Shown here: piece by piece, positions 35,275-47,409 of the stretch
How the letters are laid out: every line of letters starts with the position of its first letter
Position numbering within the stretch: position 1 is the first letter of the stretch
Origin: Okamejei kenojei
Lineage: Eukaryota
NCBI GenBank assembly: GCA_035221665.1
Contig: CM069145.1
Location: 57,412,001-57,476,000 of the forward strand
Length of the DNA: 64,000 bases
Direction of reading: 5' to 3'
Notes under the pieces: generated by a model
What the model saw: only the letters and a program-made list of their open reading frames with translations
Database searches by the model: none
What the model was told of the DNA's origin: nothing
Made by a program: the position numbers and the translations under genes

Positions 35275-38200
35275 ACATTCCCAGCCCTACGTTCTCCCTG
35301 ATGCACAGGGTGTCCAAAGATGAGGATAGGGGAGGGGGGGAGGGGTGATAAGTGCAGCCAGAAGGCAAGGAGCAGCCGCATTAGATAATAGAACAAGGGC
35401 TGCAACCTCACATACTCCATATAAACGTGGTACAGACTCTTCCAGCCCGCAAAAGTGGCAGGTGAGTGGCGAGTCTGGGAACCGCGAGAGAAACAGGTGT
35501 CAAGGGACTACTCGGTGCAGCACCTCTCCATTCCAGGTCCCCGATGTAGAGGGTGAGAATCCCTGCATAGAGGGATCTCCACCGGGGCCCCCTCGCGACC
35601 AGAAGGCAACATCGACCACCACTTGTTGTCCGGACGGTAGACCAGGGCGAGGAAATGCAGGGTGTGGAGGAGGAGCCCGTACAAAAGATGCTTCCCTGCG
35701 TCTTGGAGGGAGATGAAGGGTGTCGAGGAAAGGCGGCTCAAGTTGCGTGGGATCGGCTACATGGAAGGATTACTGCGCCCGGGTCAGACGAATACTTCCG
35801 GCTGAGCGGGGATTTGCTCAGTCGCAAGTACTCCACACGTTTGAGCCCCCCCCCCCCCCCCCCCGACACACGGTGGGGCAGGACAAGGGCCGGCTGCTCT
35901 CACGCCTGGGCGGTCGCCCTCCATCAGCAGAGGGGGGGGGGGGGGCGGTCGATGTCAACCAGGTTCCAGACTATCAATAAGTCCAGGTGGAAGCTGGGCA
36001 TCCTCAGCAGGATGGTACGGTTGACATCCACCATCGGCAACTTGAAGAATCAGAATCAGATTTTATTCACCAAGTATGTTTTGCAACATAGGAGGGATTT
36101 CACTGGCCAGGTCAGTCATACAATTAAAAGCAACAAACTCAAAAAACTGAAACACACATATTGAATGGCGGTGCAGGCTCGAAGGGCTGAATGGCCTATG
36201 CACCTATTCTAACTATCCACTATAGTGACTCCTGCACATTCCTCACTGTGATGGAAGGCGAAATAAAGTGCAAGTCCTTCCTCTTGTTCCTCCTTGGTCG
36301 AGGGCCTCCGTTGACGGGACTATCTTTACTCCCGTAGCCGGCAGCGTTCTGGCCCTCCGCGTCGAGGCGTTCAGCTCCTGCATGGGGGGGAGGGGGGGGG
36401 GGTGTCAGCTCCCCCGCGCCGGGCGATCGACCCTCGCGTCGGGGCAGGTCGAACCTTCTGCGTCGTTGGAGCTCCCGACTAGCCTCTCCCGAGACTGCGA
36501 GCCCTTGATGTTAACTCCGCAGGTCGCGGTGGGAGCGATCCCAGGCAAGGGATCCGCTCCGCTGTTAAGTCCGTGGACAGTCCGAGGAGGCCTCGGAGGA
36601 GGCCTCGGACTGTCCAGCTCCAGCGATGGTAGGCCGCAAAGCCCGGAGAATGTGATCTAAAAATTGATCACATCTCCGGGAAGGTAGGAATTTGAAAAAA
36701 AGTTTCCCCGATCACCCCCCCCCCCCCCCCCCCCCCCACATTAAACAAACCGAAGTCCATTAATGCAAACTTTTAACAAACGCTAAAAGTAACAAAAAGA
36801 TGAAAAAACGTACTGACTGCCGGCAAGGCTGCCATCTCACCGGCGCCCATGGTGGTCTTTTTTGAAGGCAGCAGTCCCTTCCCACAGATCACTGCACTCG
36901 TCCCCGCCGGAGCTATCCGGTGAGAACAAGGTACCGTAAAAGGAACGAACTGCCACGTTGATGTCTTGGTTCGGTGATGGGGGAGTCATCATCAGCGATC
37001 AGCTCCACTAATTGCTGACGGACTCCTCGATACTTCTCCAGCGAGTAGAAGAAGGGTTAACCGCAGTCCAAATCGTGGAGCATTTGGATCCGCGACCTCC
37101 TTCTTCTCCTGGTATTCCTACCAGAGGATCGGGTCCCCGACGGCCTCTTAGACGCAAATTGAAATCGACTAGCTTGCTTCGGTGCTGTCTGACCTTGGAA
37201 TCGCGCCTCTTGGTCGGCTGCCTAGTGTACTCCTGACAGAAACACCGGATGTGAGCCTTGCCCACGTCCCACCACAGCCATAGGGAGTGAAATCCTCCCT
37301 GCTTCCACTTACAGGTGGTCCAGAACCTCTTAAACGAGTTCCGAAAGCGGCGATCCTCCAGCAGGCGCTTGTTAAAGTGCCAGTACGTGGACCCTCGCCG
37401 CGTGCACAGTGTGGTGAACTCAGTCCACACTAAGTGATGGACTGAGCTCGGCACCGGCCGCATGGAGGCCGTCGAGACGTGGGAGACGTATGCCCGAAAA
37501 ATGTACAGGCAGTCGATGTGAGAACCATCATTACAGGAACTAGAGTCGGGGTGGAGGTTCCTCCAAGTGTCTACCAAGTCAAAGGAGCCCACAAGTTCCT
37601 TCAACTTCTTCACTGACTCCTGTTCGCGCTGATCACCGCAACGGTCTCCTTTCTCCAGGTGACAGTTGAAGTCTCCCCCGAGGATCACGCACTCACCAGG
37701 GTCAATGGAGCTCAGCAGGGTAGACACCTCCCGGAACAGGCGCGTCCGCAACACGGCAGTCTTGGGGGCATTCATGTTGCCAAAATGCAACTGCGCGCCA
37801 TCCCGGCACATGGCCAAGTGAAGCATGCGGCCTGGCACCAGTTCCTGGACTTTTAGGATTTCTGGCCGGAAATTCGAGTCCAATAAAAAGGCCACCCACT
37901 GGAAATGGAGCTGATGTGGCTCATGAAGACCACACTAACTCATTCCAGGAGCCAAGTGGATTCGTCTCCTGGGATGGTGTGGGTGTCCTGCAGGAAGCTC
38001 ACGCATATATCCCATCCCTCAGGGTTGAGAGATGGTTAAACCTGCGGAGAGGCCTCCTGCTGCCATTTTTGTTGTAACTGGCTATGGTGATCGCCATGTC
38101 TGGAGTACACTTGATCCTCTCACCGGCCCGCCGGTCGCTGACAGCAGAACCGCTCCTCCCCCTACGGACGCTAGGTGGCGCGGCGGTGCGTCTTACCTTC

Positions 38201-38560
38201 CGGATGTTAGCAAAAAGGGATGCTCTACTGCTCCCTCTGCCCTCTGCAGGAATAACGCTGCTCTGGGCCTTCGCGTCCTTTTCCAGGTCGTCCAAGAAGG
38301 ACCTGAGCTGACGCCGGTCGTTCCCCTTTAACCCCATCGCTCCCGTGCCCCTCCAACTCCTTTTAAGGATGAGGTTCAGCGAGCCAGTGAGCCCTTGTAA
38401 GTTTGGCCAGCGGAGGGAGGCCAATCTGGGCCGATTTTGGGCTCCCTCGGTGCCCCCGATGGATTTCCTCCACTGGAATGGGTGCGGTGGCGTCGGGGGG
38501 AGTGAGAACATCCATTGACCGAGGAGTCCCCTTCCAACGACAAGGCCTGGTTTGCTACAG
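35275..38560 (-). mobile_element. Tx1-clade (L1-like) LINE remnant, internally deleted and interrupted at 36045-36852
   Basis: ORF2 start MAITIASYNKNGSR, then VILGGDFNC, SHIDCLYI, YWHFNKRLLED and WWDVGKAHIRCFCQEY. C-terminal remnants lie at 35275-36030. Confidence 0.8.
36045..36852 (-). mobile_element. GC-rich non-autonomous retroposon, same family as 17625-18362
   Basis: Head gggcgccggtgagatggcagcc on minus; tail aataaa+(tctgat)n. Confidence 0.6.
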
Positions 38561-39135
38561 AACTCAGATAGCTCTGACAGTCTATAGAGGAAGCGTACCG
38601 GAGCGGGAATGCAGACCTCTAAAGTACCTCCACTGATTCCTCAAGCTTCTCAACTTTATGGATGACACAACCCTGATTGGACTGGTCCAGGATGGGGTGG
38701 AATCTGCGTACAGAAACGAAGTGACACAGCTGGCGTCCTGGTGCCAATGACACAACCTGGAGCTCAATGCTCTTAAATCAGTGGAATAGATTGTAGACTT
38801 TAGGAGAGTACCCCCTCCCCTCACCCCATTCACCGTCAACAACACCACGTTCACATCTGTGGAGTCTTTTAAGTTCCTGGGAACCATAATCTCCAATGAC
38901 CTTAAATGAGGGGCCAACATCGACTCCACAGTCAAAAAGGCACAACAGAGGATGTACTTCCAGCGGCAGCTGAGGAAGTACAATCTGCCACAGGCAATGA
39001 TGGTCCAATTCTGTACGGCCACCTATGCAGCGAATCGTCCGATCAGCTAAGAAGGTTATTGGTTGCAACCTTCCCTCCAGTGACGAACTGGACACGGCAA
39101 GGGCCTTCCTGGCGAGCAGGCAAGATCATCTCTGA
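38560..39135 (+). mobile_element. Rex1/Babar-like RT fragment
   Basis: LLNFMDDTTLIGLVQDG.ESAYRNEV..NLELNALK..VESFKFLGTII..VKKAQQRMYF. Confidence 0.8.
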
Positions 39136-39652
39136 GGAAGGACATCCTTGTGATTGAGGCAGTGCAGCATAGGTTCACGAGATTCATCCATGGGATGGCG
39201 GGACTGTCATATGAGGAAAGATTGAAAAGGCTAGGTTTGTATTCATTTGAGTTTAGAAGGATGGAGGGCTATCTTATGGAAACATATAACATTATAAAAG
39301 GACTGGACAGGTTAAATGCAGGAAACATGTTCCCAATGTTGGGCGAGTCCAGAACTAGGGGCCGCAGTCTTAGAATAAAGGGGATGCCATTTAGGACTGA
39401 GGTAAGAAAAACTTTTTCACCCAGAGAGTTGTGAATTTGTGGAATTCCCTGACACAGAGGGCAGTGGAGGCCAAATTACTGGATGGATTTATGAGAGAGT
39501 TAGAGAGAGCTCTAGGGGCTGGTGAAATCAATGGATATGGGGAGAAGGCAGGCACGGGTTATTGATTGGGGACGATCAGCCATGATCACAATGAACGGCG
39601 GTACTGGCTCGAGGGGCCGAATAGCCTGGTCCTGCACCTATTTTTTTATGTT
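39135..39652 (+). mobile_element. CR1 3' fragment
   Basis: IEAVQHRFTRFIHGMAGLSYEERLKRLGLYS..RTRGRSLRIKG followed by the 3' UTR. Confidence 0.9.
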
Positions 39653-39654
39653 TA

Positions 39655-40052
39655 TTCACATACAAGGAATTTGCCTTGGAGCTCCGCCCGCAACTGACAA
39701 TGGCATGACAGTGACAGTTAGGAATGACACATAAAACATTAAACATTAATAATAAAACATTATCGATTAAACATGTGAATTAAATAAAACATCAGAGAAA
39801 AAGGAGGCTACATACTTTTGGTTATTGAGTAGAGCTACTACTCGTGGGAAAATAAGCTGTTTTTATGTTTGGCTGTGGCAGCTTTGACAGTTCGGAGCCG
39901 CCTTCCCGGAGGAAGTCATTCAAAGAGTTTGTGGCCTGGCTGAGAGGGGTCAGAGATGATCTTACCCGCTCGCTTCTGGCCGTTGCAGTGTACAGTTCGT
40001 CAATGGACGGAAGGTTGCAGCCAATAACCTTATCAGCTGATCGGACGATTCT
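39655..40052 (-). mobile_element. Rex1/Babar-like 3' fragment; a short CR1 tail follows at 40080-40186
   Basis: RIVRSADKVIGCNLPSIDELYTA; same family as 39030-39135 but inverted. Confidence 0.75.
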
Positions 40053-40507
40053 CCAAAATGGAGGATCATAGGTATAAAAGGGATACTGAGTTGGATGATC
40101 AGCCATGATCATATTGAATGGCGGTGCAGGCTCGAAGGGCTGAATGGCCTACTCCTGCACCTAATTTCTATGTTTCTATGTTTCTAAAAGAAGCGGCAGA
40201 GAATTGTCTAATATTAAAACACATTGAAATATGACTGGCCAATTAGATATCAAGAGGCATTGTGTCCATCAATAGGAAAATGTATTGCGATCTTAATTTA
40301 TTCACAGTTCAACTGTTCATCCGCCTCCTATTTACCCTACACCTAACGGATGTACGATCCCGCCTAGCAACGAAAATTGATACATATTGCCGCAGTATTT
40401 GGGTAGAACAGGTACGCGCCTTTCTTTCTTTTAAAATCGGTTCAGCTCAATGTTTTGATTGCCGGAAGCGATCGGAACCGCCAGAAACCTTGCAGGTGGA
40501 ATAAAAC

Positions 40508-41680
40508 ATGGACATGGCTCCTAATTGCCAGTGCGTATTAGCCATCACGGCATTATGCGCTCAGACATTCATTTTCTTTATATCCATGCTACCAGGTGCG
40601 TATTTAACGAGACCTTTTGATATTTATTGATTTTACCAATTTTTTTAAAGCATAATAATGTGATTGGGGAAATAATTAAGGTAAGAGTGGAGTGAATGAG
40701 GTGAGAAGAGAAGTATTTAACAGGAACCTGAGAGGCAACTTTGTCACACAAAGATTGTACATGGAACGAGGTGCTTTCGGGGGTAGTTGAGACAGGTGTT
40801 ATCTCAACATTTAAAATACATTTCGACAGGTACATGCAAAGGAGATGTTTGGAGGGCAAAACGCGGGAAGGTGGGGCGAGTGTAGAGAGGGCGGCATTGG
40901 GGCATTGATAAGCTGGGCCGCATGTTTCGTGATGTATGACTATGAATCTGGATTTGGGTCACAATCGGTGGTGACCAGGAATGAGTTCCCTCTTTCATGA
41001 GGATTGGAGACTCTGGAGAACATCTATGGAGCTGCGATCTCTCCGAACTTAAGCACCGACACACATGTCCGCTCGAACAGCTATTAATCGCACAGAGATG
41101 TAAATCAAAATGAGAAGTTTCAAACATCTTCGGCACATTTTTTATCTGCTCACAGATGCTGGCGTGTTGGGGTGGGGAATGGCGGGTCGGAAGGTATTGG
41201 GATGGGGTGGGGGTTGATGGACGTGGGAGGTAAAAATGTGACTCGGTATCTCGTAATCTAGCAATCATCGGGTCATCGTTTCTCGCGAAAGCTTCAACTG
41301 TAATTCCCGCGTTGGATTGTTGTACTTTATATATTATATGTAATTAATACATCTTTGGTAATTTGATTTCAGAAGTTAGCACTCAGGACATTTTGTCCCA
41401 AGAACCTTCAGCCTTGGTGATAAGTGAAGGAAATACTGCGACCTTTCCCTGTGACTACCCCGCCACCTACACTGCTGCTTACTTTTACTGGTACGTCCAG
41501 TACGAGAGTTGTGGACCGCAGTATATGTTGGTCAGGCACACAGCAAATCTTGAAGAGAACGCGCCAGCTTTCAAAAAGCGGTTTACTGCACTGCAGGACA
41601 GAATGAACGCTCGCATCCCTCTGAACATCTCACTCGCGGAGTTGTCTGACTCCGCTGTATATTACTGCGCGGCCATGAAC
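40508..41680 (+). CDS. T-cell receptor alpha/delta-type V segment V1; predicted leader exon 40508-40595, V exon 41373-41680
   Basis: Ig V-set hallmarks: QEPS..EG..ATFPC (C23), WYVQ (W41), RFT, LNISLAELSDSAVYYC (C104). The acceptor tttcag|AA is phase 1. An upstream hydrophobic exon MDMAPNCQCVLAITALCAQTFIFFISMLP+G|gtgcgt is also phase 1, though the leader is less certain than the V exon. A 23-RSS follows. Confidence 0.88.
40698..40945 (+). mobile_element. Old CR1 3' fragment inside the V1 leader intron
   Basis: aggaacctgagaggcaactttgtcacaca..acatttaaaatacatttcgacaggtacatg..gtatgactatga. Confidence 0.65.
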
Positions 41681-41719
41681 CACCATGTTACAAGATCACA
41701 GGGCACTGGTACAAAAACT
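41681..41719 (+). promoter_or_regulatory. 23-bp-spacer recombination signal sequence of V1
   Basis: Heptamer CACCATG at 41681-41687, exactly 23-nt spacer, nonamer ACAAAAACT at 41711-41719, directly after YYCAAMN. Confidence 0.9.
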
Positions 41720-42264
41720 ATCAGTTCAGTCTGTGAATTATGTACACATAACCCGTTACAATCAGGCCTTTTTTGTATTTTATATTTGCGATTTTTCCAG
41801 ATTTAATAAGGATGTTAGAGAAGTGCAATATTTACTTTTAAATAAATCATTTTATGAGCATGATTGATAATTTAATTGTAACGGCTCCACTATATTAATG
41901 TGTGTCCAAATAACCGCAGCTCCTTAATTCTGATGACAGGACACACAAATACGTTGACATTCTATCTTCGTCTCATGGAAAACAATGTTCCTGAAGGTAG
42001 AACCCAGAAGGCCTGTATATAATCCCCTCATCAGGCTTGATTTTGTGACATAATAGAGAATAATTGTAACCCGCTACAATCAGGCTTGGACTCAGTGAGC
42101 ATGTGATGTTATTGCTGGTTTGTATTTTATATTTGCGATATAGAGAATGAGATCGGTCTGGGCCAACGTTCTAATACCAATATCTGGGTCCATGATGGCC
42201 GGCGTAGACATGGTAGGCCGTGTGGCCTGTTTCTTTGTTGTGTAACAACATGACTGTTTTCTTG

Positions 42265-43110
42265 AAATGGGAAAAAATGGTTTTAACGCGTTAAGGATTC
42301 AATAATTAAAACATGCCAGACATGCTTTAATACAATGTAAAGTGTTACACAGATTACATTGCTCAAAAGTAAAACTGAATAGAATCTTTCCACATGTCTC
42401 TGCTATCTGCGATAAATGTCAGCATCTAGAGGCTCACTTAACACATACTTTTGCAAATTGTATTAAAAAAAATTTCTGGATTGAGATTTTTAGAATAACT
42501 TCAGAAGTTATTAATACTAAACTGGATCCGGACTCAAAACTAATAATACTTGGAATATCAGAACAAAGTTTGACACTTCAACAAGCCAAAGAAATATCCT
42601 AGATTACAGTATAATAATCGGGTAGAAATTAATATTAACATTTTGGAAAGGCCCTATAACCCCCACAATTAAAATATGGATTATGGAAATATCGGAGACA
42701 CTACACCTGGAAAGAATCAGATTTGCCTTAATGGACAAACAGGAACTTTTTGTTAGAATATGGTCTTCTTTCATCGATTATTTGAAAGGGTAGATTGGTT
42801 CGGCAGGGGGACCAAACTGAAACTTGGACTCAGGATCAGATGAAAAGTTATACTCTATGTTCCTTGATCTTATCTCCAATGATGTATTAATGGTAAATTA
42901 TTCCATTCCTTATGATTTTTTTCTCTTTATTTTCTCTCTGTCTCTTGCTTTTTTTTTACTCTTAATCTATATATTTTTTTAATTATTAGAGGCAGAATGA
43001 TTCAATTGATAATATTAATAATGTATGATTGATGTACACGGAATATTTCTACCATAATATGTGTTTGCTAATTTATTGTTTACCTTTAATAAAAATATAT
43101 TTAAAAAAAT
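42265..43110 (+). mobile_element. L1-clade LINE 3' end
   Basis: KVLHRLHCSKVKLNRIFP..CDKC..HLTHTFANC..FW (C-terminal CCHC), then a T-rich 3' UTR, AATAAA near 43088 and an A-rich tail. Confidence 0.75.
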
Positions 43111-43199
43111 ATATAATTAAAACCAAGATAATTTCCCATATCACCCAGTTGCCACGTAAATTTCCCCACCATTGCCATCCCCTCGTCTCCTTTCACCTG

Positions 43200-43465
43200 C
43201 AACGCTTCGAGCCGCTCTCTTCTTATCTCACTGGCCTTTATTTTAGTTTCATTTCCTGCCGTTTTCTACCCACCTGCTCATCAAACAGCCCTCCGTCACC
43301 TGTCTCCACCAATCACTTGTCTGCTTTTACCCGCTTCCATCTGTCTTCCGGCTTTCTCTCCACCGACGACAATCATTCTGATAAAGGGTTCTGACCCGAA
43401 ACATTGCCTATCTATATCCTCCTGCGATGCTACCTGGCCCGCTGAGTTATTCGACAACACAGGCT
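43200..43465 (+). mobile_element. Penelope-like 3' terminal fragment with degenerate hammerhead motif (43378-43405)
   Basis: A pyrimidine-rich stretch, then CTGATAA-AGGGTT-CT-GACCC-GAAAC-ATT and the gatgctacctggcccgctgagttattc arm. Confidence 0.55.
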
Positions 43466-44206
43466 GCAACAGAAGACTAAAACTGCGCAGTGTTTCCTTT
43501 TGGAGGACAACTGATTCGTTTCCCATAGACATCTAACACGTATTAGCCATATGATAGACTATAGCTGCTTCTGGGTATTCAGGATACGATTGCGTCATAC
43601 GTGGATCTTAGAGTAAACATCCAGCACATTGGCAACGGTGCATGAAATTAAGTTACAGAGATGGGCAGAGTGGGGGCAGCATAATTATTTGGAAGAAACA
43701 AGATGAAGATTAAAGTTGAAATTATAGAGGGCGGAGAAGGGAAAGGAAGAGTAAATAGGCGAGAAACGGTAAAGGCAACATGATATAATGATTATGCAGA
43801 ATATAGCTATGGCGCAAATAAAGAGTGGCCGGAATAGGATGAGTTATCTCGCCGCTTTCATTAGATGCCGTTTAAGGTCATACTGACGAAAGGACAACTG
43901 GAAGGCTAATGGGTGCGCTCTGATACTTCACACTGTTGGGTCTAAAATAGCAAGAAAGCCATCATAAAACTTTCTTTAATTGCATTATTCCGTTCCCCAT
44001 TTCCCGCTAAGCAGTGCAATTGTATTGTCTGTTTCACTCTCCCCTGGCACTCTGCCTGAAGAAGGCTCACCCATTCCATCCCTCACCCTTCGATGAATGT
44101 TACCTGAACGACAGAGTTACTCCAGCATTCTGAGCCTTTCCTCGGTGTAAACCAGCATCTGCAGTTCGTTTCTACACAATGTCATACTAAGCATGTCAGT
44201 CTATCC

Positions 44207-44238
<32 letters not shown>

Positions 44239-45884
44239 ATTCGCTGCGACAATTCAGGCAACGGAAACATTTTCAAGTACTAGTCGACGTAAGGACTCAA
44301 CATAATTGCTTGCCTTATGAAGTGTGATTTTACCTCCTCCAATTGATTTGCCGACATAAAGCCAGGAGAAATTACAGAAGCTACCTTCTGTACTCATTCG
44401 AAATCCTTAAAGACTTTCTTATACAATGGGTCCCAGAATTGTCCACAATATTGCCAAATGGCTCAACGTTTGTGACAGCGGCACTGTAGTTTACTTATCA
44501 CTGACGTCGGAAGAAGAAACCTTCCACAAAATGCCCAGTGTGTGCGAACTTCCTACCTTACCCTGCTTGCAATTTACAATCGTCCAACAGCGACAGTGGC
44601 TACAATGGTAAAGATTTATATGAGGTATTGCATTGAAATAACACATTTTTAACTTTAAAACTATTTTGCTAAAACTAATAATAATATTGATCGTATTCCC
44701 CATCTATAGCCCTAACCTTCCCGTCAAAAAAATGTCACCTTGCCAAATGCGATTTTATTTCACTTAACTGTTTTCTCCCGAGCCTCACTTTTGTGTTTAT
44801 AATGTCGCTAAACGACACCCAGTCCATTAAATGCGGCGTCACAAGTGTTCAACTAAATGTTGTTTGATTTTTAAGGATCATCGTAAAATTCATCTTCATT
44901 CCCGAATGCCTCGACTTTCTGTCCGGGTCAAATTCTCTCTCGAATTATTTCAGATGTGAAACTACCGTTGGAACCGCAAGTGCACCTGCATCATGCAGAC
45001 ATACCGTAAAAGGTAAATGTCTGCAGTTACGAGCAAAATTATCTCTATCCCAGAGTGTGGTTTATTTCAAACCACACTCGTTTTAAACAGCATTGTACTT
45101 ACTCAGAAAAACGTTGCTTTCAAAGTGGAAATGTGGGGGTTATGTTCATTGTATAGATATTGTCGGATGTAAAAGCCGCAGAGAGGAAGTTAGATAGGGC
45201 CATTCTTCATGACACATTGATAACTTAACTGAATTAATATGGTCTGAATGTTTTTTCCAAGAGCTTAAAAATGCAGGTGCCTCACGCAGCCCAAATATCA
45301 CAACATTGGTGTTAATATTTGCAGAATATTTAATCCGAAATGAAATATTAAATGATGCTTCCTTGTGTTCAGATACACTTCGCAAACTTTAATACCTATT
45401 CTTGAAGAAACAAACATATAAAGCAATATTTTTCCGGTTAATTACTATAAAGAGAATAAAGCATTTTTATGGATCAATGGCATGACACCACTTATCTTTT
45501 CCACATATCTGTTCCCTAATTGGACTGTACGTGGCAGCCATTTTACCGAATTGGCTCTGTATTATCATCGGCTAGAGGATGCGACTGTCCGACCAGATTT
45601 TAAACATTTCGCCACATGGCAGCAACGATGTGATAAAAAAACGAATCAAGATACGATGGAAATCAGAACTAGAAAGATAAATCGGAAGGAGGACTCAGCA
45701 AACTGTGCAGCATCTGTGGAAATACAAACAGAATTAAGAATGACAGGTTAGAGATTCTTCAACAGGGCAGACTGCACAAAGACGAATTTTGGGGGTCCGT
45801 TGGCCCCAGGGTAGTCCTACTCGTCAACTATATCAGCACATCTACTACGACCATCCCTTCAATGTTATCTCTATGATCACAGCG

Positions 45885-46020
45885 CTGCTACAACCTTCAC
45901 TGTTATTACAATTATTCTTACTATTATCATTTCTATTATTACTGCTGCAGCTACAGCCACCACAATTGTTACAACTATTATTATTATCATTACTTTTACT
46001 ACTGCTATTAATGTTGTAAG
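45885..46020 (+). repeat. Degenerate trinucleotide (ACT/ATT/GCT) low-complexity tract
   Basis: Period-3 composition reading Leu-rich, Thr/Ile-rich or Asn/Ser-rich depending on frame. Confidence 0.7.
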
Positions 46021-47409
46021 TGAATCTGTAGCTGTATGTTATATTCCTGTTTAGGTAAAGCAACATAGCTAACTTATCGATGTCAGAATTGTTGACGCAA
46101 GGTACACGTGACGGCCCAAAATCATCCTGAGACATTGAACATAGATTTAATCGGTCAGATAATTCATCGCTGCAGATATCCGGCAGTCCTCCCTTGAATG
46201 CTCTGAAGCAAATCATGCTGAAATTGTTCAGATTGACAATAATGTTTTCGATTCGAATCAAATTTATGAGATGTAAGTATTGAAACGTCAAAGCTAACGT
46301 GAAGAGATCGTGTAGGAAACTGATCATATTTAATATATTTCCGATTCAGGGGCACAAAGTTGCACATCCAAGTTTGTAGATTGCATTGGTTTGGAAATGT
46401 CACTAATCTACGGAACTAAACGGAGTCAGTGAAGAGACACAACTGTGGTAAATTGAGGTTAGAACCTACGTGCCTCTGACAATTCCGAGAAGTTTTACAA
46501 AGCGTAAATTTATTGCAGGTTATAAAATGTAATTACGCGTGCTCATTGAATGATGAGCTTTATCAAAGGTGCTGCAAATGACAGTTCTGTTTGAAAATCC
46601 ACAAACTGTTATTCAGATAAAGTGTCTTTGATCTTTTTTTCTTTCTATTCACCTTCTGAATATTTTAATTATTCTCAGTTTCTACCTCGAGCTTGTTCTT
46701 CTGCTGTTCAAGCCTCTATTTGCGCCGGATCTGGCGCACAGTATCGGAATATGATTACCGTCATTTGAGAAGATTATATTTGGCATGGGACAGCGGCAGC
46801 GCAGGTTCTGCCAGAGAATTATAGCTTGAATAAAAGCAATTTGTGGTGATGCAAGGGTACTTTCAAAACGTAGAACGCATTCGATAAGCAAGGTGAATAA
46901 AAGGTTTCTCTGAACATGTAAGACACTTAACATCGTTTTAAAGCTTAGGACTTGAGGTGCACAGAAACGCGTACATATCGTGCCGACTTTTGTGTACTGA
47001 CTCGATATGGTCTATTATCTTACACTCACAAACTTGGTATAATTGTGCGTAATGAATGTACTGTTACACTCTATGCAAACATACCATTTAATTGTTCATT
47101 ATACTTTAAAATAAAGTACCATTGATCCATTGATATAGAAATTATATAGATAACATCATTTAAAATTACATCTGGACCATTCAAAAATGAGGCACTGCAA
47201 CCGAAAGTATCAGAGATGTTCCCGATCGCTCTCATTCGAAACCGATTCGCAATGCACAGAATGCACGGCCCACGGAGCAGGTCAAGCCACCGCTGTTGCT
47301 TCTCAGAAACATCTTCCGCTCTTTGCCTCCACAACGCTCACTGTCTGATGAAGATTATTTTGGCTTCCCCGCTATTTCTCTTCAGTTTACAGATGTAGTT
47401 CTATTTCTG

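Noticed and set aside
41363-41806. V1 as a NAR-TCR supporting V-delta or IgNAR-like V
   Set aside because: It has a plausible leader exon, no CDR1 cysteine and a full CDR2 region, and no upstream NAR V-D-J cassette is seen.
45789-46327. Leu-rich and Asn/Ser-rich ORFs
   Set aside because: By-products of a degenerate trinucleotide tract with no recognisable domain.
47348-47398. MKIILASPLFLFSLQ as the leader exon of V2
   Set aside because: The only nearby GT is phase 2 and weak (AT|GTAGTT), and it is 2.5 kb away; V2 already has an in-frame hydrophobic N-terminus.
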